Shown here: positions 34,484 through 44,611 of the stretch, one piece after another
How positions within the stretch are numbered: position 1 is the first letter of the stretch
Layout of the letters: the number at the start of each line of letters is the position of its first letter
Virus record (IMG/VR): IMGVR_UViG_3300037510_000086
Coordinates: 1 to 58,253 of that record
Strand: one strand, 5' to 3'
DNA from: a virus
Lineage: Duplodnaviria; Caudoviricetes
DNA: 58,253 bases
Notes under the pieces: model-generated
Databases searched by the model: none
What the model saw: the letters and a program-made list of their open reading frames with translations, nothing else
Told to the model about the DNA's origin: nothing
Position numbers and translations under genes: made by a program

Positions 34484-34547
34484 CCCCTAACCTGTCTCCA
34501 CCCAACCCCTACATGGGGTTTGGGTTTAATTTTCTGATCGAGGTGTT

Positions 34548-35252
34548 ATGAACGAGGAAGAGTACCCCAGCAACAGCAAGTTCTCCCGTCCGAAGCCGTC
34601 GGTTCCGGTCGACCCGCCAAAGCCGTCTTCGACGGAGGAGCGACCCAAGGTCGAGAAGGCCATCGAGGGTGAGGCGGTCATCAAGCGGCGGTCCATCGGA
34701 AAGCGGCTCGCCACCATTTTCACCGGGGTCAGCCTCAGGGAAGTCGTGGACGACGCCATCGACCAGGCGATCATTCCTGGCATCAAGGGCCTCCTTCTGA
34801 GTGCGGGCGAACGTGCTCTCGATAAGGCTTTCGGGAACGGCGCAGGCGGACGGAGCATCCCGAATGCCGCCGCACGAACCATGGTCACCAATGTGGCCCA
34901 CGTTGCCTACAACAAGTTCTCCGCCCCGAATGCGGCCACCGTGCGACCCGGCCCTGCTCCGACCCAGGGTCCGATGGTGATGAGCCGCCGAGGGCAGGCC
35001 GTACACGACTTCGAGGAGATCGAGTTCCAGAACCGTGGGGACGCGAGCATAATCCTCAACCTGATGTACGACCGGCTCCAGGAGTACGGCTCCGTCTCGG
35101 TCGCCGAGTTCTACGGCTGGGCCGATATCCGAGGGAACTTCACCGACCAGAACTGGGGTTGGAAGGATCTCACGGGAGCTGGTCCGACGCGTAACAACCG
35201 CACGGGTATGTGGACTCTGAACCTCCCCATGCCCGTCGACCTGAACCGCTAG
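34548..35252 (+). CDS. Hypothetical protein with C-terminal GxVxxxEFY...GW domain
   Basis: GAGG RBS; LQEYGSVSVAEFYGWAD...WGW. Confidence 0.75.
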   Translation: MNEEEYPSNSKFSRPKPSVPVDPPKPSSTEERPKVEKAIEGEAVIKRRSIGKRLATIFTGVSLREVVDDAIDQAIIPGIKGLLLSAGERALDKAFGNGAGGRSIPNAAARTMVTNVAHVAYNKFSAPNAATVRPGPAPTQGPMVMSRRGQAVHDFEEIEFQNRGDASIILNLMYDRLQEYGSVSVAEFYGWADIRGNFTDQNWGWKDLTGAGPTRNNRTGMWTLNLPMPVDLNR

Positions 35253-35265
35253 GCACCCCACTGCC

Positions 35266-36475
35266 ATGGACGACATATTCAGAAAGAGGGAGCTGGTAAA
35301 ACAGGCATACCCCCACTCGAAGACCTGGCCGCAAAAGGTCAAGAACATGCCCGATAGCCAGATAGTAGCCGTGTTCCTCAGACTGAGGAGACAGGGAAAA
35401 ATTTGAAGAGGTACCCGCGGCGATACAGACCCTGGCGGTTGATGGACAAGTTCCATCCCGGCTGGGACAACTACGACCGCAAGAAGAACGCGATATTCGT
35501 GGGGCTGGTCTTGGGCGAACTCAATGACCTGCTCCGCGAACGCGGTTACGTCTTGCTCGACGAGGCCCTAGGTCGGCTGGGATTTGCGATCCCGGAAGAC
35601 TCCGAAGGAGAGTACGAGGGATGGGTCTATGAGCCCGACCCGGAGTACGGAGATGGCTATATCTCCTTCGGCATTTGGGACGACGGTTTCGCCGCGGGAT
35701 TGGACTGGATGAACGGGAAAGTCGACGTCATCAAGCTCCGTTTCAACGTGGACCGTGTCCCGCTTCCTATATCCATTCAGAAGAAGAAAGAGAGGGACCG
35801 CAAGTGACCAAGTTCGTTGTCGGCATCGCGATCGGATATTTCTTTGGCCGCCCAGCCAAGGAAGGGTCGAAGTTCGACGAGGCGATCACCAACGGCGCCC
35901 GCCGAGCAGGCCACAAGATCGGCGAGTTCATCCAGAAGAAGGTGCTCGGGTGAGAAAAAAGAAGCAGCTTCTTCTCGGAGTCGGCGTGGGTCTACTCGTG
36001 CGACCCGTCATTGCGCGAGTGGCCCGTCCGCTGACCAGCAAAGCCCGCCAGGCCGTCAGGGTGAAGCTCTACGAGCTCGCCTGCCAGTACATGCAGGACT
36101 TCGACGCCGACAGGCCTCCTCCCCACTAAGGACTGCGACATGAGCGAGAAGTACATTCCCGCTGGTGCAGTAACGGCGACGTACGACAGCAACAATCCTC
36201 GCTGGATCAAGGGTTACGGAGGAAACCGTCTCTTCCTCCAGGCTCAGCAACACCTCGCCAATATGATCCTCTTCGACCGGGGTTACATCACCCTGAACGA
36301 GGTCTTCGCCATGCTGGACCTCCCGCAGACAGAAGAGGGCGCTCTGGCGGGATGGGTATCCGACGGGATTAGGCAAATCGACTTCGGTGAGGAAGCCGAC
36401 GCACCGCCGCCGGGGCCCAAGATCGAACTTCGTTTCAACATCAACAGCAACAACGTCTTCCAGGACAAGAAGTAA
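35266..36475 (+). CDS. Cluster of small ORFs (35266..35406, 35403..35807, 35804..35953, 35950..36129, 36140..36475)
   Basis: Mostly 4-bp overlaps; 35403 and 36140 share a domain with 36487. Confidence 0.65.
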
Positions 36476-36486
36476 GGACATTCCCA

Positions 36487-37431
36487 ATGGGATTCAAGAA
36501 CTTGGCCAACAAGGCCGGTCTGAAGGTCAGCCGTAGGGTTCTGACCGTCAAGTCGCATTCCCCCGTCATCCTCATGGCCACCGGAGCCGTCGGCTTCGCC
36601 GCCACCGTGGTTCTGGCGAGCAAGGCAACGCTCAAGATGAGCGAGATCCTCGATGAGGCTGAGGCACTCGACAAGCAGGTCGATGAGGCCGGTGAGAAGG
36701 CCGAGGCCGTCGGTCTCAGCTACACCGAAGACGACAAGAAGAAGGACCGATTCACTGTCCGAGTCAAGACCGCGGGCAAGATCGCCAAGAACTATGCTCC
36801 GACCGCCATCGTCGGTGTCGCATCTCTCGCCTGCTTCATCGGCTCCCACCGCATCCTGACCAAGCGCAACGCCGGTCTGTCCGTCGCACTGGCGGGCGTC
36901 ACCAAGGCCTTCCAGGAGTACCGGGGCCGCGTCGTCGATGAGCTCGGCAAGGAGAAGGACCGCGAGTTCCGGTTCGGCGTCGTCGAGCGCACGATCGGCG
37001 TGGAGACGGACGAGGGTGTCGTCGAGAAGACGATCCGTGGCGTGGACCAGAACGCCATGCTCGCCAATGGCGACTCCATGTACGCCAAGATCTACTCGCG
37101 CGGCACCAGCGATCTGTGGCAGCCGGTGATGGTCCAGAACGAGCTCATCCTGCGCGGTCGTCAGAACTACCTGAACGACCTGCTCCTCACCCGCGGTCAC
37201 GTGTTCCTGAACGAGGCGTACGAGGCTCTCGGTTTCGACCACACCGAGGAGGGTGCTGTCGTCGGTTGGATCTTGGGTCATGGCGACCAGGAGATCGACT
37301 TCGACTGCTTCAACGAAAAGGGCGAGTTCCGCGAGGACGTGTTCGTCAACGGAGACGTCGACTCGATCCTGCTGGACTTCAATGTCCACGGCCCGATCTT
37401 CAAGCTGCTCCCGAAGAACAAGAAGGACTAG
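36487..37431 (+). CDS. Membrane protein (DUF6353-like)
   Basis: HSPVILMATGAVG...KAT; LNDLLLTRGHVFLNEAYEALG...GW; ILLDFNV. Confidence 0.75.
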   Translation: MGFKNLANKAGLKVSRRVLTVKSHSPVILMATGAVGFAATVVLASKATLKMSEILDEAEALDKQVDEAGEKAEAVGLSYTEDDKKKDRFTVRVKTAGKIAKNYAPTAIVGVASLACFIGSHRILTKRNAGLSVALAGVTKAFQEYRGRVVDELGKEKDREFRFGVVERTIGVETDEGVVEKTIRGVDQNAMLANGDSMYAKIYSRGTSDLWQPVMVQNELILRGRQNYLNDLLLTRGHVFLNEAYEALGFDHTEEGAVVGWILGHGDQEIDFDCFNEKGEFREDVFVNGDVDSILLDFNVHGPIFKLLPKNKKD

Positions 37432-37433
37432 CC

Positions 37434-38063
37434 ATGTGGAAGCCTCTGCTTGCTGCGGCGGGTGGCGCCGTCGTGGGCTTCTTCGTCGCCAAGACGCACT
37501 ACGAGAAGGCCGCTTACGCATACGCCAACGAGCGGATCGAACAGGCCAAGGTCTATGCCGAAGAGCGGGCTGAGCGAGAGATCGCGAAGTTCCAGGTAGA
37601 GGCTACAGCCGAGGCGTACGACGCGGTCACCGCTGTGTACGAAGCCGACACCGACAAGATGGCTAAGCTCGTCGAGGAGAACGAAGTCATCGCGGGCCTG
37701 GTCACGAACTACAAGGGCTTCAGCGAGATGCCCCAGGCGCCTGAGAACGTGGACCCGGAAGACTCCGAGAGCCACATCGTCCTCATTCGCCGCAAGGAGT
37801 TCTTCGAGGGTCCGCTCAACGACAATTACCACCAGGTCTCGGTCACGTACTACCAGCTCGACGATATCCTGGTCGACCCGAGCGACAAGCAGCTTGACGT
37901 CAGGGCTGCGATCGGAAGCATCCGCCCGAGTTGGTTCGGGAACGAGGCCGAAGACGAGGATGTGGTCTACGTCCGCAACACCCAGAGCAAGATCGAGTTC
38001 GAGGTGATCCGGAGCCTGGAGTCCTTCAGTAAGGTCGTCCTGGGTCGCGGCGAGGAGGAGTAG
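37434..38063 (+). CDS. N-terminally anchored hypothetical protein
   Basis: AAGGA RBS; MWKPLLAAAGGAVVGFFVA. Confidence 0.75.
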   Translation: MWKPLLAAAGGAVVGFFVAKTHYEKAAYAYANERIEQAKVYAEERAEREIAKFQVEATAEAYDAVTAVYEADTDKMAKLVEENEVIAGLVTNYKGFSEMPQAPENVDPEDSESHIVLIRRKEFFEGPLNDNYHQVSVTYYQLDDILVDPSDKQLDVRAAIGSIRPSWFGNEAEDEDVVYVRNTQSKIEFEVIRSLESFSKVVLGRGEEE

Positions 38064-38067
38064 ACCC

Positions 38068-38613
38068 ATGGAACCACTGGACGAGCGATATTTTGTATGG
38101 CTCTACGGAATGGTGGCCGATCCAACCATAAAGGATCGGAATCTCACCTACTGGAACGTACTCCGGCAGCTGTACAGGAGACCGTTCGTCTGGTTCGTAT
38201 CGAAGGACGACAACCGCCTGGAAGACGGCAAGCAGCTGAGGCTCCAATTCCTGCGTCACGAAAACATCAGCTCCAAGGATGTCGATCGTGAGTGGGTGGA
38301 GATCGGCTGCTCCGTTTTGGAATTGATGGTTGCGATGTCGGCTCGGCTTCAGTTCGAGGTCGATCCCGACAGCAACCTCGCGTACTGGTTCTGGGAGGTC
38401 TTGATGACCAACATCGGCCTCCGGGACTGTACAGACGGAGCGGGCTTCGAATCCTGCGACGTCGAAGAGACCCTGAACAGGGTGATATTCCGTCAATACG
38501 AACCGGACGGTACGGGCGGGTTCTTCCCGCTGCAAAATCCGGAAGAAGATCAGCGGGGCGTTGAGCTCTGGAACCAGATGAGCGCATACGTCATCGAAAG
38601 AATGGCGCTGTGA
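38068..38613 (+). CDS. Conserved hypothetical protein upstream of the polymerase
   Basis: GAGGAGGAG RBS; DDNRLEDG, CSVLELMVAM, GTGGFFPL. Confidence 0.75.
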   Translation: MEPLDERYFVWLYGMVADPTIKDRNLTYWNVLRQLYRRPFVWFVSKDDNRLEDGKQLRLQFLRHENISSKDVDREWVEIGCSVLELMVAMSARLQFEVDPDSNLAYWFWEVLMTNIGLRDCTDGAGFESCDVEETLNRVIFRQYEPDGTGGFFPLQNPEEDQRGVELWNQMSAYVIERMAL

Positions 38614-38623
38614 GAGGGGAGGG

Positions 38624-41600
38624 TTGGTGCTGGATTTCTTCCAGATCATAGTAAAGGAGACCAGGGAAGGCGTCGAGGTCCGTCCGGACTTCGTGGTGGG
38701 GAGGTCGAAAGACCTGATGGTCCAAGGCGGCGACTTCTATGCCGTCTGGGACGAGTCGACTGGACTCTGGTCGAGAGACAAGTACCGAGTCGCCGAACTC
38801 GTAGACGCCGAGATTCGTGAGTTCTGTGAGAAGAAGGAATCTGAGGGCATGGTCGTCAAGCCCAAGTACCTCAGATACTTCGCGAATGGCGGGTGGAAGC
38901 AGTTCAACACGTTCCTCAAGAACGTGAGCGACAACTCCCACCCGCTGGACACGGTTCTCACGTTCGCCAACACCAAGGTTGAGAAGAACAGTTACGCGAG
39001 CCGTCGGCTTCCGTATGATCTCTCCCCCGGAGATATCAGTGCTTACGACCAGCTGATCAGCGTCCTCTACGATCCCGAGGAACGGCTGAAGTTCGAGTGG
39101 GCCATCGGGTCCATCATCGAGGGTAAGGCGAAGGATATCCAGAAGTTCCTGGTGTTCTTCGGTGCCCCCGGAACCGGCAAATCCACGGTCATCGATATTG
39201 CCGTCAAGATCCTCGGCGGTAAGGTGTCTGATGGCGGCTACGTAACCACCTTCGAGGCCGCGAACCTCATCGGCGGAAACAATGCATTCTCCATGGAGGC
39301 ATTCCGGGAGAACCCGCTTCTTGCGATCCAGCACGACGCGGACCTCTCCCGGATCGAGACCAACACCAAGTTGAACTCGATCGTGTCTCACGAGGAGATG
39401 CGGATCAACGAGAAGTACAAGGCGACGTACGACTCGAAGATCAACGCTCAGCTCTGGCTGGGCACGAACAAGCCGGTACGGATCACTGACGGATATTCGG
39501 GTCTCATCCGTCGCCTCATCGACGTCCACCCCACGGGTGCGACGCACGACTGGGACACGTACCATATTCTCGCGGAGCGTGTCAACTTCGAGCTTGGGGC
39601 TATCGCACATCACTGCTCCAAGGTGTACAAGAAGCTCGGTAAGAGCTATTACTCGAAGTATGTTCCCGAGAAGATGATCCAGAAGACGAACGTCTTCTAC
39701 AACTTCGTTGAGTACTACCACGACGAGTTCGCCGCCGAGGATGGAATCACCCTCAAGCGGGCGTTTGACATGTGGAAGCAGTATTGCAAGGAAGCTGAGC
39801 TCGAATTCAAGATGGCGATGCACAAGTTCCGCGAGGAACTGCGCGTCTACTTCGAGACGTTCGAGGAGCGGATCACTGTCAACGGCGTGACTTACCGGAG
39901 TTACTTCTCGGGGTTCAAGGCCGACAAGTTCAAGGAGCCTGTCGAGCCGGACAATCCCAAGGAATTCAAGATGGTTCTGGAGCACGAGGTATCGCTCCTG
40001 GATGAGATGTACGCGGGACTCCCGGCCCAGTATGCCGGTGCTCGGAACAACCCCAAGCTGTACTGGGACAAGTCAGAGCGCACTCATCCGGAAACCGGGG
40101 AGCCCTTCATCCCGAAAGACAATCAGGTCTGTAGCACCGTCCTCGGAGATCTTGATACGAGCAAGCTGCATTTCCTGAAGGTTCCCCAGAACCACATCGT
40201 TGTCGATTTCGACTTGACGGATGAGAACGGAAAGAAGTCGCCAGAGTTGAATCTCCGGGCGGCGGCTTCCTTTTACCCCACGTATGCCGAGTTCAGCAAA
40301 AGCGGCGGGGGTGTACACATGCACTACATCTGGGACGGAGACGTAAGCGAGCTTGCAAACGTCATCCAACCCGGTATCGAAGTCAAGGTGTACAACGGCA
40401 ACGCTTCGCTTCGGCGAAAGCTGACCAAGTGCAACGACGTGGCGGTGGCCACGATTTCTAGTGGACTACCGATCAAGGAGAAGAAGGACGTGCTTCAGGG
40501 CAGTGCTATTAGGAGTGAGAAGGGCCTCAGGGCCTTCATCGTCAAGTGTCTCCGAAAGGAGCACCACGGCCACACCAAGCCTGAGATCGATTTCATCGAG
40601 CATGCGCTCAGGCAGGCCTACAACTCGGGGATGATCTATGACGTCTCCGACATGAAGAAGCTCGTCATCGAGTTCGCCAACGGCAGCAAGAACTCTTCTG
40701 CGTCCTGCTTCAGGGCCATTACGCGGATGAAGTTCAAGTCCGAGAAGACGTCCGAAGAGGCGAACCTTCCGGAGCCGAAGCCGTCCGACGAGCGGATTTT
40801 CTTCTTCGACTGCGAGGTCTACCCGAACCTCTTCGTCGTCTGCTTCAAGCCGCATGACGGAGACGAGAAGTCTGTCGTCTCGATGGTCAACCCGACTCCC
40901 ATGGAGATCGAGAAGCTCATCACCAACTTCAAGTTGGTCGGCTTCAACAACCGCGACTACGACAACCACATCCTGTGGGCGCGGTACATGGGTTACACCA
41001 ACGAGCAGCTCTACGACCTCTCGCAGCGGATCATCGTCAAGAAAGACCGCAACGCGAAGTTCGCCGAGGCCTACCACCTGTCTTACGCAGACGTCTACGA
41101 CTTCAGCGTCAAGAAGCAGGGGCTGAAGGCCTGGGAGATCGAGCTCGGCGGTAAGCACCAGGAGATGGATCTTCCCTGGGACCAGCCCGTCCAGGAGAAG
41201 GACATCAAGCGGGTTGTCCAGTACTGCGGAAACGACGTCATCGAACTGGAGCGGGTGTTCAACCACCTGCATGGTGACTTCGTGGCCCGTCAGATCCTGG
41301 CGGATCTCAGCGGCATGTCAGTGAACACCACCACCCGCAATCACGCCGGTCGGATCATTTTCGGACAGGAGCGGAATCCTCAGAAGGACTTCGTCTACAC
41401 CGATCTGTCCGAGCAGTTCCCCGGATACAAGTTCGACAAGTTCGCTCCGGAGGGGCAGAAGAGCACCTACCGGGACGAGTACGTCGGTGAGGGAGGTTAT
41501 GTCTACGCGGAGCCTGGCATCTACGAGAACGTGGTCTGCCTGGACGTCGCGTCGATGCATCCGACCTCGATCGAGATGCTGCGGGCCTTCGGCCCATACA

Positions 41601-42730
41601 CGGTGGTCTACTCGGCCATCAAGGAGGCACGTCTCTCGATCAAGGGCGCTCGGTCGGCACTCGCCAAGTTCCTCAAGACTGGCGACGAGGGATATCTCTC
41701 GAAGGCGGACGATCTTCTGCTGGAAGCAAAGCAGATGTTCCAGGGAAGGCTCAAGCCGCATATCGCGGAGATCGAACTCATCGAGAATCGAGAGGAGCGC
41801 GTCAAGGCTCTTAAGAATCTCGAAGACGCCCTGAAGCTGGTCATCAACTCCGTCTACGGCTACACGTCGGCGAAGTTCGAGAACCTCTTCCGGGACCCGC
41901 GCAACATCGACAACATCGTCGCCAAGCGCGGTGCTCTGTTCATGATCGATCTCAAGCACTATGTGCAGAGCCTCGGCTTCCAGGTCGTCCACATCAAGAC
42001 GGACTCGATCAAGATCCCCAACGCCACGTCGGAGATCATCGAGGCTGTCGTGGAGTTCGGTCAGAAGTACGGCTACGAGTTCGAAGTCGAGGGCGAGTAC
42101 AAGAAGTTCTGTCTTGTCAATGACGCCGTTTACGTGGCTCAGGATGAGGATGGGGCTTGGCACGCCACGGGAGCTCAGTTCCAGCACCCGTATGTGTTCA
42201 AGCGTCTGTTCTCCGGCGAGGGCATCGACTTCCGGGATCTGTGTGAGAAGAAGCAGGTCAAGGAAGGTGTCATGTACCTAGATGACATCGATCTGGAGCT
42301 GTACGGGATGACGCCGGAGAACGTGGCTGACGCCCTGGAGATCGAGAACAAGTCCGAGGGTCAGCTGGCACTCGACTACAACGGCAATCGCTACCACGTC
42401 GGTCGTACGGGTCTGTTCGTCCCGGTGGCTGACGAGCTCGGCGGCAGGCTCATCCGGATCAAGGACGACAAGGAGTTCGCGATCCAGGGAACTAAGGGTT
42501 ACCGCTGGGTCGAGGCGGAGATGCTCAGGACCCTCAAGCCCGAGGCGTTGGAGCGGATGCTCTACGAGCGGGTCGAGGACGCCGTCGAGGGCACCGGCTC
42601 GATCGCCGATGTCGTAAATCTGGAGTACTTCGAGGGTCTGGTCGAAAAGGCCGTCAAGACCATCGAGAGCTTCGGAAGCTTCGAAGAGCTGACCGGGATT
42701 CCTGCGAAGGAACTGGAGAATTCTGCGTGA
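38624..42730 (+). CDS. Fused SF3 (D5-like) helicase - AEP primase - family B DNA polymerase
   Basis: GAPGTGKST Walker A; VVDFD and SKSGGGVHMHY primase motifs; exonuclease FFDCEVY, FNNRDYD, YCGND; polymerase LDVASMHP, KLVINSVYG, IKTDS. Confidence 0.88.
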   Translation: MVLDFFQIIVKETREGVEVRPDFVVGRSKDLMVQGGDFYAVWDESTGLWSRDKYRVAELVDAEIREFCEKKESEGMVVKPKYLRYFANGGWKQFNTFLKNVSDNSHPLDTVLTFANTKVEKNSYASRRLPYDLSPGDISAYDQLISVLYDPEERLKFEWAIGSIIEGKAKDIQKFLVFFGAPGTGKSTVIDIAVKILGGKVSDGGYVTTFEAANLIGGNNAFSMEAFRENPLLAIQHDADLSRIETNTKLNSIVSHEEMRINEKYKATYDSKINAQLWLGTNKPVRITDGYSGLIRRLIDVHPTGATHDWDTYHILAERVNFELGAIAHHCSKVYKKLGKSYYSKYVPEKMIQKTNVFYNFVEYYHDEFAAEDGITLKRAFDMWKQYCKEAELEFKMAMHKFREELRVYFETFEERITVNGVTYRSYFSGFKADKFKEPVEPDNPKEFKMVLEHEVSLLDEMYAGLPAQYAGARNNPKLYWDKSERTHPETGEPFIPKDNQVCSTVLGDLDTSKLHFLKVPQNHIVVDFDLTDENGKKSPELNLRAAASFYPTYAEFSKSGGGVHMHYIWDGDVSELANVIQPGIEVKVYNGNASLRRKLTKCNDVAVATISSGLPIKEKKDVLQGSAIRSEKGLRAFIVKCLRKEHHGHTKPEIDFIEHALRQAYNSGMIYDVSDMKKLVIEFANGSKNSSASCFRAITRMKFKSEKTSEEANLPEPKPSDERIFFFDCEVYPNLFVVCFKPHDGDEKSVVSMVNPTPMEIEKLITNFKLVGFNNRDYDNHILWARYMGYTNEQLYDLSQRIIVKKDRNAKFAEAYHLSYADVYDFSVKKQGLKAWEIELGGKHQEMDLPWDQPVQEKDIKRVVQYCGNDVIELERVFNHLHGDFVARQILADLSGMSVNTTTRNHAGRIIFGQERNPQKDFVYTDLSEQFPGYKFDKFAPEGQKSTYRDEYVGEGGYVYAEPGIYENVVCLDVASMHPTSIEMLRAFGPYTVVYSAIKEARLSIKGARSALAKFLKTGDEGYLSKADDLLLEAKQMFQGRLKPHIAEIELIENREERVKALKNLEDALKLVINSVYGYTSAKFENLFRDPRNIDNIVAKRGALFMIDLKHYVQSLGFQVVHIKTDSIKIPNATSEIIEAVVEFGQKYGYEFEVEGEYKKFCLVNDAVYVAQDEDGAWHATGAQFQHPYVFKRLFSGEGIDFRDLCEKKQVKEGVMYLDDIDLELYGMTPENVADALEIENKSEGQLALDYNGNRYHVGRTGLFVPVADELGGRLIRIKDDKEFAIQGTKGYRWVEAEMLRTLKPEALERMLYERVEDAVEGTGSIADVVNLEYFEGLVEKAVKTIESFGSFEELTGIPAKELENSA

Positions 42731-44611
42731 GCAATAGGAACGCGTTCGAGAACAACAGTACTCCGATTCCCAAGGAAGCACTCGCGGGGGTCGAAGACAA
42801 GGTGTTCATGGTTCTGCCTCCCCTCCCTGAAGGGCAGTGGTACGAGCTGGAACACATCGGCGATCGAGTTGTCATCCTCGTCGAAAAGGGCTGAGGGATT
42901 CGACCCGTACGCTTTCGCCGTAAGGTGGTACGAGGAGCATCCTGAAGTCCTGCGCGAATACGAGGAAGCTCTGCGACGGAAGCTGAAGTCTGGTCTTCGC
43001 TTGGACGAGCTGGAAGAAATCGAAGAGAAGGCGTTCGAATTCGGAAGGCTCGTCCGCGAGGCCCAAGACCTGGGCAATGAAAAAGGTCGCTTCGTAAGAG
43101 CTCACCACGAATGGGTCAGATTCAGAGAAAATCTGCCGCGAGGAATAAAGACAGAAGCCGTAGATGCATACCGTAGAGGGTATCTCAGATGATCGTGAAG
43201 GAGTGAGGATGAAGTTCAAGGTCGGTCTGTACTGCGGAGCCAAGTGGTACCGGTGGTACGACTGGAAGGACTACGGGTTCTTCAAGAAGCACCGCGAGAG
43301 CTGGTTCTTCAACATCGGTCCGTTCATCTTCTGGGACGGTTCGTGATGGAGCGCGAGCGAATACACCACAGGGGCTCTCAGCCGCTGAACGGTAACGACG
43401 CATACGCCATTCTCGGTATCGTGTTCGATTTCATCGAGGAGACGGAACGGAAGACTCCTCTCTTGGAGGCGAACATGGGGAACACCGACGCACTCCTGGA
43501 TGAGCTTCGCCGGGCGGGGTACTGCTGCTGCACTACGGAGTTCGGCTGCGCGGCCTGCGGCGGAGCCGGGAGAAGGGATTGATCAGCGATGACCATTCAC
43601 AACCACGGAGCTGAAGAGCGTCCAGGACTGAGCTGCAACGAGATCCGCCTCGAATACGGTGCGGTGATCGGAGCGTGCATGGCTTCGGCATACATGAAGG
43701 AGTGCAACGAGAACGGTTGCGGGGAAAAGTTCCTTCCCACTCGGGATGGAAGGGACCAGGCATGGCGCGACGGCTGGTACCTCCAGAAGTGGGACGGTCC
43801 GGCGTGGTGTCCGAACCACATCCCCGTGTGGGTTCCGTCGGATTTCAAGAGGAAGGGGTGACGTGGCGACCAAGAAGCAAAAGAGAGCAGCTGCTTTGGC
43901 GAAGCGAGAGGCTTTTCTGGAGAAGGTGAAGACCGAAGGTCTCGAAGCTCAACGCCGCGCGAAGGAAGAGGAGGAGCGCGAATTCGAAATCCTCCGGAGC
44001 GAGGCCCGAAAGATCAACGACCGCCATCGGAGGATCATCGCCGAGGCGCTATCGGAGGAGATCTGACATGGTGAATCTCGGCAAGACCGGGTTAGTGTCC
44101 CAGGTCGAGCTCACGGACCGCGAGGACAACAGCACGATCGGGACGGGTGGCGTCGAGAGGACCGGCAGCGGTCACATCATTGTCCACGTCGACGGCTCCA
44201 AGGTACCCAGCTGCATCGAGAAGGGGTTCAAGATCGGCACCATCTCGGTACACGAGGGGGAGTGATGCGATTCATTCGACGTATCGTTTACCGGATTGGA
44301 TTCCGCCCAAAGCCGGGGTCCATATTTCATTCGCCTTCACTTCACTTGATGCTCGCTTCGCAAGAGGGTATTCGGGCGATGTTCAAGGAGATGGAATGAA
44401 GGGGCCCTTCAAGCTCTTCGTAGAGGGCGGGCATGCCTTCGAGGTCGATGAGAACGGCGATCTCGTTGATTGGATGCAGGAATACCACGACGGTTACCAC
44501 TGCATTCTCTGTTTCGCCGCCCCTTGTCGGAATTGCGATCCGGACTGGCAGACCCAGCAGTGTCCCGAGAACCTGCCACCATTGCCGGGGCTGGAACTTG
44601 AGGTGACATGA
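42727..44611 (+). CDS. Run of small hypothetical genes (42727..42894, 42869..43192, 43209..43346, 43346..43582, 43589..43861, 43863..44066, 44068..44265, 44396..44611); several are Cys-rich
   Basis: Tightly packed ORFs with RBSs or overlaps. Confidence 0.6.

Noticed and set aside
25294-34527. Classical integron (attC) cassettes
   Set aside because: No tyrosine recombinase was found and there are no RYYYAAC/GTTRRRY attC ends. Only the organisational analogy is kept.
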